DNA of 64,000 bases from the human T2T-CHM13v2.0 reference genome, Homo sapiens: the NCBI RefSeq assembly GCF_009914755.1, contig NC_060925.1, one strand, 5' to 3'. The position numbers and the translations under genes were made by a program. The notes beneath the pieces are model-generated. The model was not told where the DNA came from. It saw only the letters and a program-made list of their open reading frames with translations, and did no database searches. Positions 58,001-64,000 of this stretch are shown one piece after another. The first letter of the stretch is position 1. Each line of letters begins with the position of its first letter.

Positions 58001-58473
58001 AGTACTATTTATTTATTGTTGTATAACAAAGTATCCTGAAACTTAGCTGCTTAAAACAACAATTATTGTCTCACAGTTTATGAGGGTCAGAAATCCAGGA
58101 GTGACTTAGCTGTGGTTCTGGCCCAGGGCCTCTCTTGTGGTTGCAGTCATCTCATGGCTTAACTGGGGCCAGAGATCCACTTTCAAACACACTCATGTCA
58201 TTCTGAGCAGGCCTCAGTTATTTCATGCCTGTTGGCTGGAAGCTTCAGTTCATCTGCATGTAGGGCTGCTCACAGCAGGGTAGCTTGCTTTCCCCCGAGT
58301 CATGATCCAAAAGGGAAAGAGAGAGTCCCAGCCTTTTTTATTACCAAATCTTGTAAGTAACATATTCTGTTGGTCACACAAACCAATACTGGTAAATGTG
58401 GAGGGGACTACACAAATGTGAAACCCAGGAGGTGGGATTTATTGGGAGCCATCTCAGAGGCTAGTTGTCAAAC
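58001..58473 (-). mobile_element. MLT1F-like MaLR LTR
   Basis: GCTTAAAACAAC...GGTCACACAAACCA...TTGGGAGCCATCTCAGAGGCT motifs. Confidence 0.65.
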
Positions 58474-58736
58474 AGAGGCAGGTGAGCTTCACCTAGGATG
58501 CACTTCTGGTCATCTAAGGCAGCTGGAGAAGTCAGTTCCTGTGTGTCCGCTGAAAGCCTAACTATCTTATCTGCGGGCAGCTGGGCCATTTACAGTGGTC
58601 TGCCTGGGACCTGGGTGCAGGGCTGGGTGAGATGGCCTAAATTTTGAGAATCTTGAGGAGGTGTGGAACACTTGCATTAGCAGGAAGTTGGAAACAATAA
58701 GATTTGAACCATCTCTTTGATCTTGCTTCTCTCTAG

Positions 58737-59038
<302 letters not shown>

Positions 59039-59648
59039 TACATAGCCTTTAATAAACCTATTTCATCTCAGCATATTTATTGAACCCTGGTGATTTGTTT
59101 ACTTAGTGGTGAACAAACAAACGATTTTGACCTTTATAAAATTTTCAATGTGGTAGATGAGATACACCTTAAAGAACTAATTTCACACTCATGTAGTTAC
59201 AGTTGTGATAATAACAGGTTTGTGTTTTTCTTTGTTTGTTTTAAGTTCATGGAAAGTGTGAGCTCCTCTCCTTCCAGGCAGGGACAAAAGGTTGGTTTGG
59301 AGCAGATCTTCAGAGGCCTTATAGTTAAACTACTACAAAATTAATGGACAACAGTTTCCTTGGTTTTAGAATATAATAAGGCCTTTTTTGGTGGAGGAGG
59401 GGCATTGCTTGCAAACTGCTGCCTTCTTGATGTGGTAAGTTCAGAGAAGCCAAACATCATTTCATATTACTAGATCTTTAGGTTCTCAGCTATATCTTTC
59501 AGCATGTTGAACAATAGTATTTCTGGGAAGATATAAAACTATAGAAATTTGTTTCTGTTCAGGACACATAATTTCTGCTGCAGTCAGTAGGCACATTAAA
59601 ATAGATTAATCTACAAAAGATAATGATGCTTGGGCAATTAGTATATTT

Positions 59649-59935
59649 GTTTTGTTTTGCTTCTGAGACAGGGTCTTGCTCTGTTGCCCAGGGTGGAGTG
59701 CAGTAGTGTGATCTCAGCTTACCACAGCCTTGACCTCCTGAACTCAAGCAATCCTCCCACCTCAGCCTCTCGAGTAGCTAGAACCACAGGTGCTTACCAC
59801 CATACCTGGCTAATTTTTTTGAGATGAGTTTTGCCCTGTTGCCTAGACTGGTCTTGAACTCCTGAGCTCAAGCAACCTGCCTGCCTCGGCCTTCCAAAGT
59901 GCTGGGATTATAGGCGTGAGCCACCATGCCTGGCC
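59649..59935 (-). mobile_element. AluJ
   Basis: J-type CTCAAGCAATCCTCCCACC; 14-bp TSD CAATTAGTATATTT. Confidence 0.9.
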
Positions 59936-61810
59936 CAATTAGTATATTTAATATTTGATTTGCTTCATATCCTCTAGTTTATTAATATTAAAAACAGTTG
60001 AAGTTTTAGTTTTTTTTAGGGCATTTAGTTCACATCGCTTTTAGGTTTATTGGGCACAGTTCTTGCCTGGCTTCTATGATTGTGTCTTTATGGTGTCTTG
60101 CCTTCTTTTGATAGCAACACCCTTTTCTTGTAAGTACATAGGAATGTTTCTACATCCTCAAATGAACATGCTTTTCCCATTTTTCTTGAAACACAAGATA
60201 CTTAGTCTATCATTTCCTCATGTCTGAGAGAAATATATATAAAGAAGTAGTTCACTTTTCTCTTGAAAGGAAAATTAACAGTGAATCTTCAGTGATAATG
60301 GCAACTGACATTTGGCTTGGAGTTATGGAGGCAACGGGATAGTAGGGACTGTGGCAAACTGGAGGGTGCATGCCTTGTTTAAGAGAACAAGTGCTGATTG
60401 ATTTCAGCCCATTGTTGCCATTTTGGAATGTAGGCCCAGCGGTAGAGGATCTTCCAGATTTTCAAGAGAAGCAACAACTCCGGATTTTCATGTGATGTCT
60501 TCTGACAGTTAAAGGTCAATCTTAAACAAACAAAAAACACTGTTTGGAACAAAGAAAATATCTGCAAGCTGAATTTGATGTGTAGGCTGCCCCAAATTAT
60601 AATTGTATATGAGGAAGACAAGAACACGTACCTGAGGTTCCAACATGATGTGGTGGTTTGGGAAATATGGCTGTGTAAGTGAAGGTGAAACAAGTTTGGG
60701 ATACCACCAAAGTCTGCCCAGATAAAAATCTCTTTATCTGGATTAATAAGAATGAGGCAGCTGCTGTTCACCAATTTTGCCAATCAAGCTGTTTGGAACT
60801 AGTTCTGTGTGGTGACTCATGTGAGAAGTGAAGCAGTGGTGGGCTATACAGACTCCAGCTGCTCTTGATTTGGAAGCACATGCATTTTGGACTGATTGAA
60901 CTCCAGCATACCTGCATCATTGAGGGGGAGACCTCAAGAGGGAGATAGTGGACTTCCTTCTTAATGCTACTTGTGGGCTTTTGGGTAATTGGAAAGAGAG
61001 GAAACTATGTTTCTGAATGAGACTGTTGAAGAGGTCATAAAGATTACAAGTGATGTGAAGAGAGAAGGCACAACAGGAGGACTTGACCCAGTCTAGGGTC
61101 AGGAAGCCTCCCCATGAAAAGTAGATTTAAGCCGAGATCTGAAAGATAAGTAGTAGTTAACTAGGTAAAGGGCAGGAAAAGAGACCTCCAGGTAGAGAGT
61201 GGCACATGAGCTGGCCGTGAAGTGGGAAGAATCATTGAGCATTTGAGGAAAGCGACAATTTGCAGAAAGGCAGGGTGATTCTCATGAAGCTGGAGCCATG
61301 TTGTAAAGGACTATCAAGGCTATGTTGATGGTGTTGAACTTTAATCTCAGGATTAATAATGTTAAATAGAAGCGTGGCATGATCAAACTAATTTGTTAAG
61401 TAGACTTTTTGTTGATGTATAATACATGTAGAGAAAAGAGCATACATCAAATGTGCAGCTTGATTTTCACCAAGTGAACATCCCATGTAACCAGTACCCG
61501 GATCAAGGGCGGAAGCCCCAGAGCCCCAGAATGCCCTCTTCTAGTCATTATCTCTCCTCAGGATGATCAGTATCTTGACTTCCAACATCACAAATTGATT
61601 TTGCCTAATTTTGAACTTTATACATATGAAATTATTAAAGTGTATTTCTTTGTGTTTGATTTACTTCACTCAATATGTTTGTGAGATTTGATTCAGCCAT
61701 GTTGCTGCACATGGTTGTACCTCCTTCTACTTTCTACCACATAGAATTCTAGTGCACCCCCTCTATTGTTATGGGCACTTGAGTGTACCATTTAATGCTA
61801 TTAAAGTAAG

Positions 61811-62138
<328 letters not shown>

Positions 62139-63112
62139 GCTGCAGGATATTCTGCAGGATAAATATGCTTTTTTGCCTTTCTGGTGAAATATATATATAT
62201 GGGTTTCTGTTGAGTACAGTTAATGTAAAAAGGTCATTGCAGCTTCTGTGAAAGAATGAAATGGAGGGAAGGAAGGCAAGAGTAGATGTGAGAGGCATGG
62301 TGAATCTATTGGAATACTCTAGGTACTGAGGTGACAGTGACCTGAACTGTCTAAGGTTTTAGCAGTGAAGATGACAACGTGATGGATCGTGGAGCTATTT
62401 AGGAGCATTGTCAGGTCTTAGGTACTGATTGGAATCTAGGGGATGAAAGACAGGCAAATGTGAATAAAACCTCAAAGATTTCTGACTTGTTCATTGTAGA
62501 AATTGATAATTTAGTCATTACTAGGATGTTCTGGTTTTACTGACTTGGAACCCATTTGTGGAAGTGTATGAGTTATCACTGATTCAGTTCAGAACTTTTA
62601 ATTTAAAAAAGCAATGATTTTAGAAAGTCAACTAAAACAAAGTCTAATTATTTGGATACAATTTTTACAAAAACATGATTACTGTAATCTTAAGCTTAAA
62701 GAATCATATTATTTTAAATGTATTCTTTAGTGATATTCCAATTAAAACAGTATTCAAATAAAAACATGTAAGGAGATAGGAACTAGATTTCTATTCCTAA
62801 GATAATTCAAGCATTTTCATTTTTGTCATGGCTTCATAGAGATTGAATTATACCACTTGATGGCTGGATATTATATAAAATGAATTGTTTTCAATTCAAT
62901 TTCTTATAGACCAATGCCTTCATCCCCCAAATTGCCATTGCAATAGCTACCTTACTGGCAGTTTTAGCAAGCAGGGGCTGAAGCTGAATGGGCAGAAACT
63001 CAACCCAGTGATTTGTCCCTGGGTGTGGATTCATGGATACAGGTTGAGATGCTTAAGTAGAAAGCAATGTGGGAACTTCTACTACCTCAGTTGTTAAAAA
63101 AAAGGATTTTGG

Positions 63113-63500
<388 letters not shown>

Positions 63501-64000
63501 TCAAATTTCTTATTTTCATTTCTCTTTTTAAATAATAATAGTCTAGAAAAAGAAAATAGCTAAATTTAAATCCAGATGTAAGCAGTGTCTTAGATAGCAA
63601 TGCTTTTATTCCTTTATTATAATATTGTCATTGAAAAAATTCTAATATTTCTCATCTTTAAGTCCTACTGCTAGTTGTGGGTTAATTAATTCCATGCCAT
63701 ATGTTGTTTTTCTTCAATTTCATTAGTAATCTGCTTTTTCATCTATGACACATCACTTCTGGCCCTTACTTTGTCCCAGAGAACTCTCTGCACCATTCTC
63801 TATGTTTTTTTGCCACTAACGTGACCCACTGGACAGAGTGCTGGGAGCAAAGAAAGACATGACTTATGGAAAATATGATCTGTGTCCTCATGTTCTCCAG
63901 TTTTAAATATACTTCATGTGGAAAATAAAAATAGTTTTTTGAAATGATTTATGTTGTATTCATTTGGCCTGACAAAATGTCCAATTTGCTATTGTTGTAG

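Overview
AT-rich, repeat-dense primate (most likely human) genomic DNA containing the 3' end of CDC73/HRPT2 (parafibromin, PAF1 complex) on the + strand. Four coding exons (8239-8400, 11501-11601, 24975-25116, 25921-25957, matching exons 14-17) have GT-AG boundaries and splice into one frame ending ...KHKSHLRF*. A 3' UTR of about 4 kb with several AATAAA hexamers follows. The remaining ~34 kb looks intergenic and is dominated by L1, L2, Alu, LTR and DNA-transposon remnants. Nearly all ORFs in the supplied track are repeat-derived or spurious. Most unusual observations: (1) an intronic copy of the 3' half of exon 14 with its splice donor, fused to a (TC)13(AC)21 microsatellite, which is a candidate poison or decoy exon; (2) two direct-oriented L1PB copies 45 kb apart that flank exons 14-17 and share non-consensus indels in a near-identical tract, suggesting ectopic gene conversion and a deletion substrate; (3) inverted Alu pairs around exons 14-15; (4) a sense solo LTR22 with a polyA signal in intron 15. 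Repeat family names come from recalled consensus sequences, not from a search.
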